Origin: Verrucomicrobiota bacterium
GTDB lineage: Bacteria; Verrucomicrobiota; Verrucomicrobiia; Limisphaerales; UBA11358
NCBI GenBank assembly: GCA_049523555.1
Contig: JBEKMU010000010.1
Coordinates: 1,395 to 65,394, forward strand
Length of the DNA stretch: 64,000 nt
Direction: 5' to 3'
The position numbers and the translations under genes are program-made. Below, one piece after another: positions 16,265 to 24,789 of the stretch (positions are counted from its first letter, which is position 1; each line of letters starts with the position of its first letter). The notes under the pieces are model-generated. The model saw nothing but the letters and a program-made list of their open reading frames with translations, searched no databases and was not told where the DNA came from.

Positions 16265-17723
16265 GCGTTGTTGGATCCGCTACGTCGCCCTTGTTGAAAT
16301 CCACGTATGCTTCCGTCAAATCGGCGGCGTAAATCACCGCGCCGGCCCGGCCGAGGTTCAGGTTGATGTGCAAATCAAATTCCTTCGGCGCCGCGGCGGT
16401 ACAGAGCTGCTTGAATGTCGCCTTCGTCGGCTGCCCATGTTTCAAGCTCCAGAGAATTTTTCTGCGGCCGTCTCGTCGCGCCGAAGCGTCAGACGCGAAG
16501 GCGGAGCTGTAACCGATGTCCACCTTCTCCTCGACGATTTTTGCCGCGGAATAACCGAGCGCGTCAATGATGCGGCCCCAGTTCGGGTCGCCGCCATGCC
16601 AGCTTGTCTTCACCAGCGGACTGTTGGCCACCGCCCGAGCCGCGGCATCGGCGTCCTGAACCGTCTTCGCGCCGTTTACCCGCACCGTCACCACGCGATG
16701 AACGCCCTCACCGTCGCGCACAATCATCTTCGCCAGCTCCAGACAGACGTGGTTGAGAGCTGACTGAAACGTCGTCAAATCGCGTAGCCGCGCTTGTGAA
16801 AGCGCGGATTTCCGCGAACTTACGTTCGCGGCTACAAGCGAAGGGTTTCCTGCGAGTCCATTCGCCAGCACCAGCACCGTGTCGTTGGTGCTCATGTCGC
16901 CATCCACGGTGATGCGATTGAAGCTCTGCGCGACGGCTTCCTGCAAAGCGGCCTGCAAAGTTTTCGCTTCAATCGCCGCATCGGTGGTAATGAAACAAAG
17001 CATCGTCGCGTGCAGCGCGGCGGGCCGCGCGCCGGTGGCGGACATCATCGGCTGAATCATGCCCGCGCCCTTGCAAATGCCGCCGATACGGACGGCTTTG
17101 CCGCCCAGCTTGAATTCAACCGCGATTTGTTTGGGCCGTGTGTCGCTCGTCATGATGGCTTCGGCAGCCTGGTCCGCGTGACTTGATGAATTCCCTAGCA
17201 GTTTTGCCGCCTCCAAAATTCCACGTTTGACGTTTCCCATCGGCATGGTGACGCCAATGCGTCCAGTCGAGCCGACCAAAACACGTTCGGCGGGCAATTC
17301 GTAGCTGCGTTCGTTAGAACGCGGCTGATCTTTTCGCGAAGAAGATGGCCGCGAACTCATCCCGCACAACGGGACAGCTACGGTGTGGGCGGTGACGCGC
17401 GTCATTTCCATGGCATCCTTAAAACCCTGTTTTCCCGTGCAGGCATTGGCGTTGCCGGAATTGACGACGATGGCCTGTGCAGCTCCCCTTTTCACGCGTT
17501 CGACGCATACCCTCACCGGTGCGGCACAAACCTGATTGGTCGTAAACATGCCGGCAACTGACGCCGGGACCTTGGACACAATCAGCGCGAGATCGCGTTT
17601 TTGTCCCTTGTTAGAGCCTTTGCCCGTGCCGAGGCGTTTGATGTCGCAAAATACGCCGCCGGCGAGGAAGCCTTTGGGTGCGACGATGGAACCTGAAATT
17701 TCTTTGAACGGATTTTTGCTCAT
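16254..17723 (-). CDS. argJ: bifunctional ornithine acetyltransferase / N-acetylglutamate synthase, unusually long (489 aa) because of internal insertions
   Basis: KGF..GG, NSGNANACTG, the autoprocessing site ATML and DGEG blocks are present. Canonical ArgJ is ~400-410 aa. At least two insertions coincide with palindromic repeats. Confidence 0.9.
   Translation of the reverse strand: MSKNPFKEISGSIVAPKGFLAGGVFCDIKRLGTGKGSNKGQKRDLALIVSKVPASVAGMFTTNQVCAAPVRVCVERVKRGAAQAIVVNSGNANACTGKQGFKDAMEMTRVTAHTVAVPLCGMSSRPSSSRKDQPRSNERSYELPAERVLVGSTGRIGVTMPMGNVKRGILEAAKLLGNSSSHADQAAEAIMTSDTRPKQIAVEFKLGGKAVRIGGICKGAGMIQPMMSATGARPAALHATMLCFITTDAAIEAKTLQAALQEAVAQSFNRITVDGDMSTNDTVLVLANGLAGNPSLVAANVSSRKSALSQARLRDLTTFQSALNHVCLELAKMIVRDGEGVHRVVTVRVNGAKTVQDADAAARAVANSPLVKTSWHGGDPNWGRIIDALGYSAAKIVEEKVDIGYSSAFASDASARRDGRRKILWSLKHGQPTKATFKQLCTAAAPKEFDLHINLNLGRAGAVIYAADLTEAYVDFNKGDVADPTTLGG
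16784..16835. repeat. REPIN-like element, family C (GTAGCCGCG...CGCGGCTAC), inside argJ
   Basis: GTAGCCGCGCTTGTGAAAGCGCGG + ATTT + CCGCGAACTTACGTTCGCGGCTAC, i.e. two 8-bp-stem hairpins in inverted orientation. It encodes ~VAANVSSRKSALSQARL. Confidence 0.75.
17301..17381. repeat. 81-bp GTAGCTGCG...CAGCTAC palindromic element inside argJ
   Basis: GTAGCTGCGTTCGTTAGAACGCGG... ...GGGACAGCTAC contains several internal hairpins. It is exactly 27 codons and matches a ~27-aa insertion before the conserved STG.IG block. Confidence 0.65.
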
Positions 17724-17771
17724 TGTTCGGCTGAGAATTTGCGGGCGATGGAAAATATTTTCAACTCGAAT

Positions 17772-17835
17772 GTAGGACAGGCGTCCCGCCTGTCTCCATT
17801 TTTTAAGTCAGAGACAGGCGCGACGCCTGTCCTAC
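17772..17835. repeat. REPIN-like element, family A, intergenic copy
   Basis: GTAGGACAGGCGTCCCGCCTGTCTCC...GAGACAGGCGCGACGCCTGTCCTAC. It supplies the last codon and the TAG stop (17832-17834) of the methyltransferase gene. Confidence 0.8.
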
Positions 17836-18641
17836 GTTTTTATCGCATCAATTTCCAGCCGCACCATGCGGACGTGGACGCGCCCGGCCGCGTCCGGTGG
17901 ATGTTGGGCGAGGTATCGGTCTGCAACAGCAGCGATGAAATCCTCGCGCAAATTTTCCGGCACGCGCTGCGTGTAAGGCAGCCAAGTCGTGCGCAACCAT
18001 GCCGTAAAGCTTTTGCCGTCGCCGTAGATGGCATCCTTCGGCGACAGGCGCACACCCAAAGATTTGAACCCAAATCGCGGCAGCCATTTTTCATAACTGT
18101 CCGGGCTGTGAAAGAAATACGGCTTTTCCATCCTTCGGAAAAATTCGCACCAGCGTTTGAGCCGCATTTCCGGGCGCAACGCAACGAATATATCCTGCGC
18201 GTTGCCCTTGCCGCCGCACGAAATCACCAACTGTCCGCCGGAACGCAGACACGCCGCCGCCCGGCGCAAAAACGCCTCATGATCGTCCACCCAATGCATG
18301 GTGGCGTTAGAAAAAACGAGGTCGAATTGCCGCTCAACCCGGATTTGGCGCGCGTCCATCACCCGGAATTTCAAATTGGCAATTTTGCCTGAGGGAAAAG
18401 CGGCGCGGGCGAATCTGATCATTTGCGGCGAGGCATCAATGCCGACCACGAAACCGTGCGGCACGGCGTGGGCGATTTCGGCGCTGATCTTGCCGTCGCC
18501 ACAGCCGACATCGAGGACGTGCTCATCGCCCCGCAGGTTGAGCCTGGCGATGAGTTCGCGCGCCCAGGCTTGCTGCACGACGGAATTCGCGGCGTAATCG
18601 GCAGCATTCCATTTGGCGGGTTGTGAAGCAATTCGAGGCAT
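17832..18641 (-). CDS. class I SAM-dependent methyltransferase (trans-aconitate methyltransferase-like)
   Basis: VLDVGCGDGKIS motif I and DLVFSNATMHWV. Start trimmed to the ATG at 18641. Confidence 0.8.
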   Translation of the reverse strand: MPRIASQPAKWNAADYAANSVVQQAWARELIARLNLRGDEHVLDVGCGDGKISAEIAHAVPHGFVVGIDASPQMIRFARAAFPSGKIANLKFRVMDARQIRVERQFDLVFSNATMHWVDDHEAFLRRAAACLRSGGQLVISCGGKGNAQDIFVALRPEMRLKRWCEFFRRMEKPYFFHSPDSYEKWLPRFGFKSLGVRLSPKDAIYGDGKSFTAWLRTTWLPYTQRVPENLREDFIAAVADRYLAQHPPDAAGRVHVRMVRLEIDAIKT

Positions 18642-18708
18642 TTTTTGGGCAGGGACGAGCCGCTGCTCGTCCTGAATTGGGGCCGCGCGGCAGCACGGCC
18701 CTACCACG

Positions 18709-19764
18709 TCAAATCAATCCCGCTGTCTCCGGGAAACCGCAGAGGAGGTTCATGCTTTGCACGGCCTGGCCGCTCGCGCCCTTGACCAGATTGTCCTCGG
18801 CACTCATGACGATAAGCCGGCCCGTCCGCAGGTCGAGCCGCCACGCGATTTCGATGATGTTTGTGCCGTTGACATTTTTGGTGTCAGGCAGATTTTTGCC
18901 ATTTAGCAAACGAACGAACGGCTCATTGCCGTAGGCTTTCTGGTAGCACGTAGAAATCTTCTCCGTGTCAACGGATTTATCCGCGGGCGTGAGGTACAGC
19001 GTCGTCAAGATGCCGCGGTTAACCGGAATCAGATGCGGTGTAAATTGGATGGTGATCCCGCCTTGCGGGACGCCCGCCGCCAGCGAAAGTTGTTCCTCGA
19101 TTTCCGACAAGTGCCGGTGCTTGGGCACACTGTAAGGCCGGACGCTTTCGTTGCATTCGCAAAAAAGATAGTCCGCCTCGGCTTTGCGGCCCGCGCCGCT
19201 CACGCCGCTCAACGAATCGGCAATGATGCCGTCCGGTTTGATCAACCCCGCCTTCAGCAACGGAATCACCGGCAGCAGGATGCTGGTCGGGTAACAGCCG
19301 GGCGACGCAACGAGCAATGCCTTTTTGATTTCCGCACGATAAATTTCCGGCAGGCCATAGACGGATTTTTTCAACAAATCCGGCGCGGGATGGTCGTGCG
19401 CGTAAAACTCCTTGTAGATTTCCGCGCGCTTGAGCCGGAAATCCGCGCTGAGGTCAATCACGAGGCAACCGGCGTCCAGCAGCGGCACGGCATATTCGGC
19501 GGCGACGCCGTGCGGCAACGCCAAGAACACCACGTCCGCCTGCTTCGCCAGCAGGTCGGCTTTTGGCTCGGTGAAGCGGAGGGTTTTCGATTTAGGATGA
19601 CTGGCAAATTTCGGAAAGACCTGCGCGAGCGTCTGCCCGGCGTTCTGGCGCGAGGTCACGGCCACCAACTCCACGTGGGGATGGTTCAACAACAACCGGA
19701 CGAGTTCCTCGCCGGAGTAACCGGAGGCACCGATGATGGCGACTTTCTTCGATTTCATATTCAT
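18709..19764 (-). CDS. argC: N-acetyl-gamma-glutamyl-phosphate reductase
   Basis: KVAIIGASGYSGEELVRLL and the catalytic Cys block SPGCYPTS. Confidence 0.92.
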   Translation of the reverse strand: MNMKSKKVAIIGASGYSGEELVRLLLNHPHVELVAVTSRQNAGQTLAQVFPKFASHPKSKTLRFTEPKADLLAKQADVVFLALPHGVAAEYAVPLLDAGCLVIDLSADFRLKRAEIYKEFYAHDHPAPDLLKKSVYGLPEIYRAEIKKALLVASPGCYPTSILLPVIPLLKAGLIKPDGIIADSLSGVSGAGRKAEADYLFCECNESVRPYSVPKHRHLSEIEEQLSLAAGVPQGGITIQFTPHLIPVNRGILTTLYLTPADKSVDTEKISTCYQKAYGNEPFVRLLNGKNLPDTKNVNGTNIIEIAWRLDLRTGRLIVMSAEDNLVKGASGQAVQSMNLLCGFPETAGLI

Positions 19765-19774
19765 GTCAAACGTT

Positions 19775-19838
19775 GGAGTAATGGAGTAATGGAGTAATGG
19801 AATTTTGCAATACTCCATTTCTCCAGCACTCCATTTCC
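19775..19838. repeat. GGAGTAAT x3 tandem repeat with an inverted partner (argC leader)
   Basis: GGAGTAATGGAGTAATGGAGTAATGG-aattttgcaa-TACTCCATTTCTCCAGCACTCCATTTCC. Confidence 0.6.
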
Positions 19839-19840
19839 CC

Positions 19841-19874
19841 AACAAAAAAGCCCCGCCGGTTTTGCCAGCGGGGC
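19841..19874 (-). terminator. rho-independent terminator after rpsI
   Basis: On the minus strand: GCCCCGC-tggcaaaaccg-GCGGGGC followed by TTTTTTGTT. Confidence 0.7.
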
Positions 19875-19893
19875 CTGGAAATTTCCAGCGCGA

Positions 19894-20295
19894 TTAACGT
19901 TTCGAGTATTGGAACCGTTTGCGCGCGCCCGGCTGGCCGTATTTCTTGCGCTCTTTCATGCGCGAATCGCGCGTGAGCAGGCCCTCGGCCTTGAGCATGG
20001 CACGCAAAGTGGCGTCGGCCACAATCAGCGCCCGGGCTATCCCATGCCGCACCGCGCCGGCCTGTCCGTTCGGTCCGCCGCCGGTGACATTGACGCGCAC
20101 GTCAAATTTTTCCGCCGTGCCGGTGACGGCAAGCGGTTGCGCCGCCGTCGAGCGCAAGGTCTCGAGCGGGAAATAATTTTCAAATGGCCTGCCGTTCACG
20201 ATGATCTTGCCGTTGCCGGTCGCGAGCCGGACGCGGGCGACGGCGGTCTTGCGCCGGCCGGTGCCGAGAAATTCGTTTTTGGTTTCCGCTGCCAT
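19894..20295 (-). CDS. rpsI: 30S ribosomal protein S9
   Basis: [14 protein letters not shown]...[17 protein letters not shown]...RKKYG..GARK..QYSKR. Confidence 0.95.
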   Translation of the reverse strand: MAAETKNEFLGTGRRKTAVARVRLATGNGKIIVNGRPFENYFPLETLRSTAAQPLAVTGTAEKFDVRVNVTGGGPNGQAGAVRHGIARALIVADATLRAMLKAEGLLTRDSRMKERKKYGQPGARKRFQYSKR

Positions 20296-20334
20296 CTGTC
20301 AGTTGAGGGTTGAAAGTTGGTGGTTGGGAGAAAA

Positions 20335-20769
20335 TCAGGCCGCCACCTTGAGCGGTTCCGGCTTTTGCGCCGCGTGCGGATGTTTCGGGCCCTTGAAAAC
20401 TTTCAGCTTGGTCAGCAACTGGCTGCCGAGCCGGTTTTTCGGAATCATGCCTTTGACCGCGTGCGTAATGAGTTTTTCAGGATGCTTCGCACGGATTTGT
20501 TCAACGGTCCGGTATTTCTCGCCGCCTTTCCAGCCGGAATAGGTCATGTATTCCTTGGCGGTTTCCTTCTTGCCGGTGACGCGGACTTTCTCGGCGTTGA
20601 TGACGATGACAAAGTCGCCGGCGTCGAGGTAGGGCGTGTAGACGGGCTTGTTTTTGCCGCGCAAAACGTCGGCCACCTGCGCCGCCAGCCGGCCGAGCAC
20701 GGCGCCGTCGGCGTCAATCACGTGCCACTTCCGCTCATTCAAATTCACTTTGGGCAAATGCGTTTTCAT
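20335..20769 (-). CDS. rplM: 50S ribosomal protein L13
   Basis: RKWHVIDADGAVLGRLAAQVADVLRGKNKPVYTP. Confidence 0.95.
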   Translation of the reverse strand: MKTHLPKVNLNERKWHVIDADGAVLGRLAAQVADVLRGKNKPVYTPYLDAGDFVIVINAEKVRVTGKKETAKEYMTYSGWKGGEKYRTVEQIRAKHPEKLITHAVKGMIPKNRLGSQLLTKLKVFKGPKHPHAAQKPEPLKVAA

Positions 20770-21046
20770 TCAAACCGAAAAGGAGCGCGGAATTTACCAG
20801 ACGCACGAACGAAGTCAATAGGGCATTTCGACTGGTAAGCGAACGATTCGCGCCAAAAAGATTGCTACCCGGGGCTGGGTGATTTATTTGCGTGCGCAAG
20901 CGTTTTTTCTTGAGCAATTGCAAGGGAAACGCTAATTAATCACTAAATTTTTTGACATTGAGCCGTTTTATAAGAGGTTTATGGACATTTTGTTCCTGTC
21001 CAGGGTAAATCAAGGCAAGCATTCAAGCAACCTGCCAAAAGAAAAA

Positions 21047-22102
21047 ATGAGACCAGAACAGTGGGAAACATTCAAGAAAGCCGCGCGGCTGGAAAAATTG
21101 GACAAGGTGGCGATGGCCATGATTGTGGACAGTCCGTGGATACCCGGGTATCTCGGCATCAAGCACATGGATTTTTATCTCGACCCGGAATTGTGGTTTC
21201 AATCACACCTCAAAATCCACCAGGAATTCCCTGACGTCATCTGGGTCCCCTCGTGGTGGATGGAATACGGCATGGCGGCGGAACCGTCGGCGTTGGGGTC
21301 CAAGATCAAATTCTGGGCGGACAACACGCCCAGCGAATACCACACGCTTTTTCACATCGAAGACATCGAAAAATTCCCTGAATACGAAGTGGAGAACGAC
21401 GCTTTCATGGCGCTGACGCTGCATCGCATCCGAATGCAGAAGCAACGCATCCTCGACACCGGAGAAGTTCTGCCGTTCATCACGTCGCGCGGCCCGATGT
21501 GCACGGCGGGTTTTGTGCGCGGCACGACCGAATTGATGATTGATCTCGTGGAAAAACCGGAGTGGTCCCACAAACTGCTCGATCTTTGCACACGGCTGGT
21601 CATTGACTGGCTGAAAGCCCAGCACAAGGCCATCGGCAATACGGTGGAGGGCATTTTTATTTTGGACGACATCGTCGGTTTCGTAAACGAAGAGCATTAC
21701 CAGGAATTCTGCCACCCCTATTTGAAGCGCATCTGCGACGCCTTCCCAAAGGACTGGGTGAAGCTCTATCACAACGATGCGGAAGTACAGGCCTGTCTGG
21801 ACCATTTGCCGGATGCCGGGTTCAACGTGCTGAACTGGGGCAAACAAACGGACATTGCCGAGGTCAAGGAACGCGTGGGTGACCGGATGTGCCTGATGGG
21901 GAATGTGAATCCGCTCGAAGTCGGCGTCCGCGGCACGCCGGAGGAAGTGCGCGAAGCGACGCTGGAAGTTCTCGAAAAGGGCGGCGACCGGGGCATGATT
22001 CTGTCCGTCGGCGGCGGCACCAGTCCCGGCATGCCCAAACAGAACATCCTCGCCATGCTGGAAGCGTTGGCGGAATTCAATTCGAAACGGGTGACTGCTT
22101 AA
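21047..22102 (+). CDS. uroporphyrinogen decarboxylase (URO-D) family methyltransferase, MtaA/MT1-like
   Basis: URO-D-like sequence along its whole length. Sits immediately upstream of the corrinoid protein gene. No clear H-x-C zinc motif (YHNDAE). The ORF is open from 20981. Confidence 0.7.
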   Translation: MRPEQWETFKKAARLEKLDKVAMAMIVDSPWIPGYLGIKHMDFYLDPELWFQSHLKIHQEFPDVIWVPSWWMEYGMAAEPSALGSKIKFWADNTPSEYHTLFHIEDIEKFPEYEVENDAFMALTLHRIRMQKQRILDTGEVLPFITSRGPMCTAGFVRGTTELMIDLVEKPEWSHKLLDLCTRLVIDWLKAQHKAIGNTVEGIFILDDIVGFVNEEHYQEFCHPYLKRICDAFPKDWVKLYHNDAEVQACLDHLPDAGFNVLNWGKQTDIAEVKERVGDRMCLMGNVNPLEVGVRGTPEEVREATLEVLEKGGDRGMILSVGGGTSPGMPKQNILAMLEALAEFNSKRVTA

Positions 22103-22119
22103 GCAAAGGAAAATACCAG

Positions 22120-23106
22120 ATGCCAGACTACGCGTTAATGAATCAGAGCCTTTACGAAGGCAAGGCCAAGGAAGTCGAACAGATGACCCGGGACGCCCTC
22201 GCCGCAGGCCGGAGCGTCAAGGAAGTGCTCACGGAGGGGCTCATCGCGGGCATGAGCGTCGTCGGCGAGGATTTCAAATACAACATCCTCTACGTGCCTG
22301 AAGTGCTGATTGCCGCGCGCGCGATGAAAGCCGGCATGTTGGTTTTGAAGCCATTGCTCAGTGCAAAAGGTTCGGACGTGCAGCCGGCCGGAATTCTCCT
22401 CATGGGAACGGTACGCGGCGACCTGCATGACATCGGCAAAAATCTCGTTTGCATGATGGCCGAGGGCGCGGGCTTTGAAGTCCACGACATCGGCGTGGAC
22501 CAGAGCATTGAAAAATTCCTCGCCGCCACCGAGCAGCACAAGCCGCACATCATCGGCATGAGCGCGTTGCTCACCACGACGATGACTTACATGAAAACAG
22601 TCGTTGACGGCTACAAGGAACGCGGCATGACCAACATCAAGTTCGCCATCGGCGGTGCGCCCATCAGCCAGATGTACGCCGACGAAATCGGCGCGGACGG
22701 CTATGGCGCAGACGCGTCGAGCGCGGTGGATTTGTTTCTCTATTTCGTCGGCAAAGGCGCTGCTCCCAAAGCCAGGACCAAAATGGAAACCATCGCGGCG
22801 GTCATGGCCGAACGGGCGGAACCAACGAAAACGCAACGGGACCCGAACGCCAAATCGAAATTCCAAGTCCTCTACTGGCAGGACATACCGTCGCAGATCA
22901 AGGCGTGGGACGATTTCGACGAAATCAAGCTCGACATGCCGTCGCGTTTTGCCGAGCGGATTGACGCTTCGGCGCAGAAACAGGGTCATATCCAGGCCGA
23001 TGCTTACATGGCACACCTGCGCTGGAGCGACACGGCCGAACGGCCCGGCACGCCCCAGGAAGTCGCCGAAGCCGTGAAGAAAGAGTTGGAAGCAAAATTC
23101 CCGTAA
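22120..23106 (+). CDS. corrinoid (B12-binding) protein with ~110-aa C-terminal extension
   Basis: B12-binding cap helix bundle followed by GTVRGDLHDIGKNLV (DxHxxG) and the Rossmann-like MSALLTTT block. Start chosen at ATG 22120, after the upstream stop. Confidence 0.85.
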   Translation: MPDYALMNQSLYEGKAKEVEQMTRDALAAGRSVKEVLTEGLIAGMSVVGEDFKYNILYVPEVLIAARAMKAGMLVLKPLLSAKGSDVQPAGILLMGTVRGDLHDIGKNLVCMMAEGAGFEVHDIGVDQSIEKFLAATEQHKPHIIGMSALLTTTMTYMKTVVDGYKERGMTNIKFAIGGAPISQMYADEIGADGYGADASSAVDLFLYFVGKGAAPKARTKMETIAAVMAERAEPTKTQRDPNAKSKFQVLYWQDIPSQIKAWDDFDEIKLDMPSRFAERIDASAQKQGHIQADAYMAHLRWSDTAERPGTPQEVAEAVKKELEAKFP

Positions 23107-23164
23107 CGGCGCGGTTGGGTAGAACGCGGTGGATTGGGGAGAGGCAACGAATCAGAAATCTTCT

Positions 23165-23407
23165 TTATGCCTTATTGCAACCGGCAAAGAGTTCTTCCCA
23201 AGAACATCGAAGTGCAGCGCGCAAGCGCACCAGCGTTGGCAGGCTTGGAAAATTTTCGCCAGCTTCCACGTTCTGAATGTAGCGGGCACTCACGCCAACC
23301 TTTTCGGCCAGTCCTTCTTGAGTCAAATCCCGCCGCATCCGCAGTGAGGCAACGTTTTTTCCGAGTCGCTTTCGATATGGACAAGGTTCGGGTTTGCGCA
23401 CAGGCAT
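23165..23407 (-). CDS. XRE-family HTH transcriptional regulator (paralogue 1)
   Basis: LGKNVASLRMRRDLTQEGLAEKVGVSARYIQNVEAGE. Paralogue of 43501..43731. Confidence 0.8.
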   Translation of the reverse strand: MPVRKPEPCPYRKRLGKNVASLRMRRDLTQEGLAEKVGVSARYIQNVEAGENFPSLPTLVRLRAALRCSWEELFAGCNKA

Positions 23408-23565
23408 AACGGAATCCTGTCCAAAAGGCGCGCGGCAAAACACGAGGCTTTACTTCGTGATGTGTTTCGCTATAATATTATGGTGTGGATTAAGCCGGAT
23501 TCAAAAAGGATTGTTGCTGAAACGGAACGGTTCGGTTTGAATCAAGCCGTTCAAGAAGAACAACT

Positions 23566-24780
23566 ATGCAGCCTCAAAACTGTGAGGGCAAAATCGACGG
23601 AAGAAGGCCGCTGATTGCCGCCTGTTGTTGGCTTTGCTCAATTGCTATCTGGAGCAGTTGCACTTATTCAGCGAAGTCGCCCAACACATCCACTCAAGCT
23701 CCAGCTCATTCTCCATTTACTTCGGCGGTGCGGACAAACGCGGCAGTGGTAAGCGCTCCGTTTCGAGCGTGGGTCACGGGAACTTGGGACACGAATTCAT
23801 TTGGCAGCGGCTCACGTTTTGCGAAAGAAGGCGATGCTCGAACGCGGACGTTGGCGCTCGAAAAACTTTTCAGCAAGCGGCACTCAATGTCAGAGGCGGA
23901 GTTGCGAGGTTTCCAACTGATGCTTGAGGAACAGATTCGCGCCACATCCGATGATCCTTACGTCGTAGCCACTTCCGTCCACACACTTGCCGGCCTTCTG
24001 GATTATCTCAAGTCGAGAGGGCTTGTATCCAAAGCAGACATTGCGGCAGACGGCGAATTGCTCGTGTCATACATGAGCGACGACACTCTCGATCTTCAGG
24101 TGAGAGGCGCAGCGATTCGCGCCGTCGGTGATCTTGGAATTACAAATGGCCAGAAACCCATTGAGGAAATGCTCTTTGACGCTGCAAATGTAAATACGCC
24201 GGAGATTGCGCGCAACGGTTGCCTTGCCTTGGTGAAACTTGCGAATGAGGAATCTTTCACGCCAATTCGCGGAGTTTTCGAGACGACATCTGATTCTTCG
24301 GTGTTTGGCACTGCCGCGTTCTGCCTCGGGCAGATTAACAACACTGAGGCCATGTCTGCATTGGCCGAAAATGCGCGGAGATTTCCTGATTCGGAATCGT
24401 GCGACGCAGCGTTGGTGAACATGGACAAGGTAATTTTGGAGACGTTGAATCATCCTGACAGCCCGGTGGTAATTAACGCCATCCAAGCAACCGAACATCT
24501 GTGGAAAGACGGTCAGCGGGAAAAATATGTTCCGGCGTTGCGAGGGCTTCTCGCTGACGGGTCGCTCGCGGTGAAAAGGGCAAGCTGCGAACGGCTCATT
24601 GATGCAGCGAGTCGGTTGCCGTTTGCGCAAGAGAAGCAGGAGTTGGCAGTTGTTTTGGAAAGCATCGGGCAATCGCCAGAGCTACGCGAATACGCTGAGA
24701 AGATTCGGCAGCGGATGGACGCAACTGTCCTCGTTCCGGCCACAGCGTCAGCGCCAGCCCCATCTTCGATAAAACAATAG
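23566..24780 (+). CDS. HEAT/PBS-lyase-like repeat protein with N-terminal signal or lipoprotein-like peptide
   Basis: Hydrophobic N-terminus LIAACCWLCSIAIWSSC. Repeated blocks of the type VRGAAIRAVGDLG and ARNGCLALVKLANEES. Confidence 0.65.
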   Translation: MQPQNCEGKIDGRRPLIAACCWLCSIAIWSSCTYSAKSPNTSTQAPAHSPFTSAVRTNAAVVSAPFRAWVTGTWDTNSFGSGSRFAKEGDARTRTLALEKLFSKRHSMSEAELRGFQLMLEEQIRATSDDPYVVATSVHTLAGLLDYLKSRGLVSKADIAADGELLVSYMSDDTLDLQVRGAAIRAVGDLGITNGQKPIEEMLFDAANVNTPEIARNGCLALVKLANEESFTPIRGVFETTSDSSVFGTAAFCLGQINNTEAMSALAENARRFPDSESCDAALVNMDKVILETLNHPDSPVVINAIQATEHLWKDGQREKYVPALRGLLADGSLAVKRASCERLIDAASRLPFAQEKQELAVVLESIGQSPELREYAEKIRQRMDATVLVPATASAPAPSSIKQ

Positions 24781-24789
24781 AAATAGAGT

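Noticed and set aside
16441-16520. A third GTAG-type REP element in the argJ segment encoding SSAFASDASARRDGRR.
   Set aside because: The extra residues are real relative to canonical ArgJ. But I could not find GTAG/CTAC termini or a convincing inverted repeat there, so the origin of this insertion is left open.
20770-20980. Searched for a cobalamin riboswitch or other leader upstream of the corrinoid methyltransferase genes (also 26902..27013 and 43335..43500).
   Set aside because: No B12-box-like GCCACTG core or conserved riboswitch stems were recognised by eye. A covariance-model scan (Rfam cobalamin) would be needed to exclude one.
21889-22119. N-terminal extension of the corrinoid protein ORF (405-aa version starting at 21889).
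   Set aside because: The extension overlaps the 3' end of the URO-D-like gene in another frame and is Arg/Ser/Gly-rich nonsense. ATG 22120 follows the upstream stop and begins the B12-binding cap sequence.
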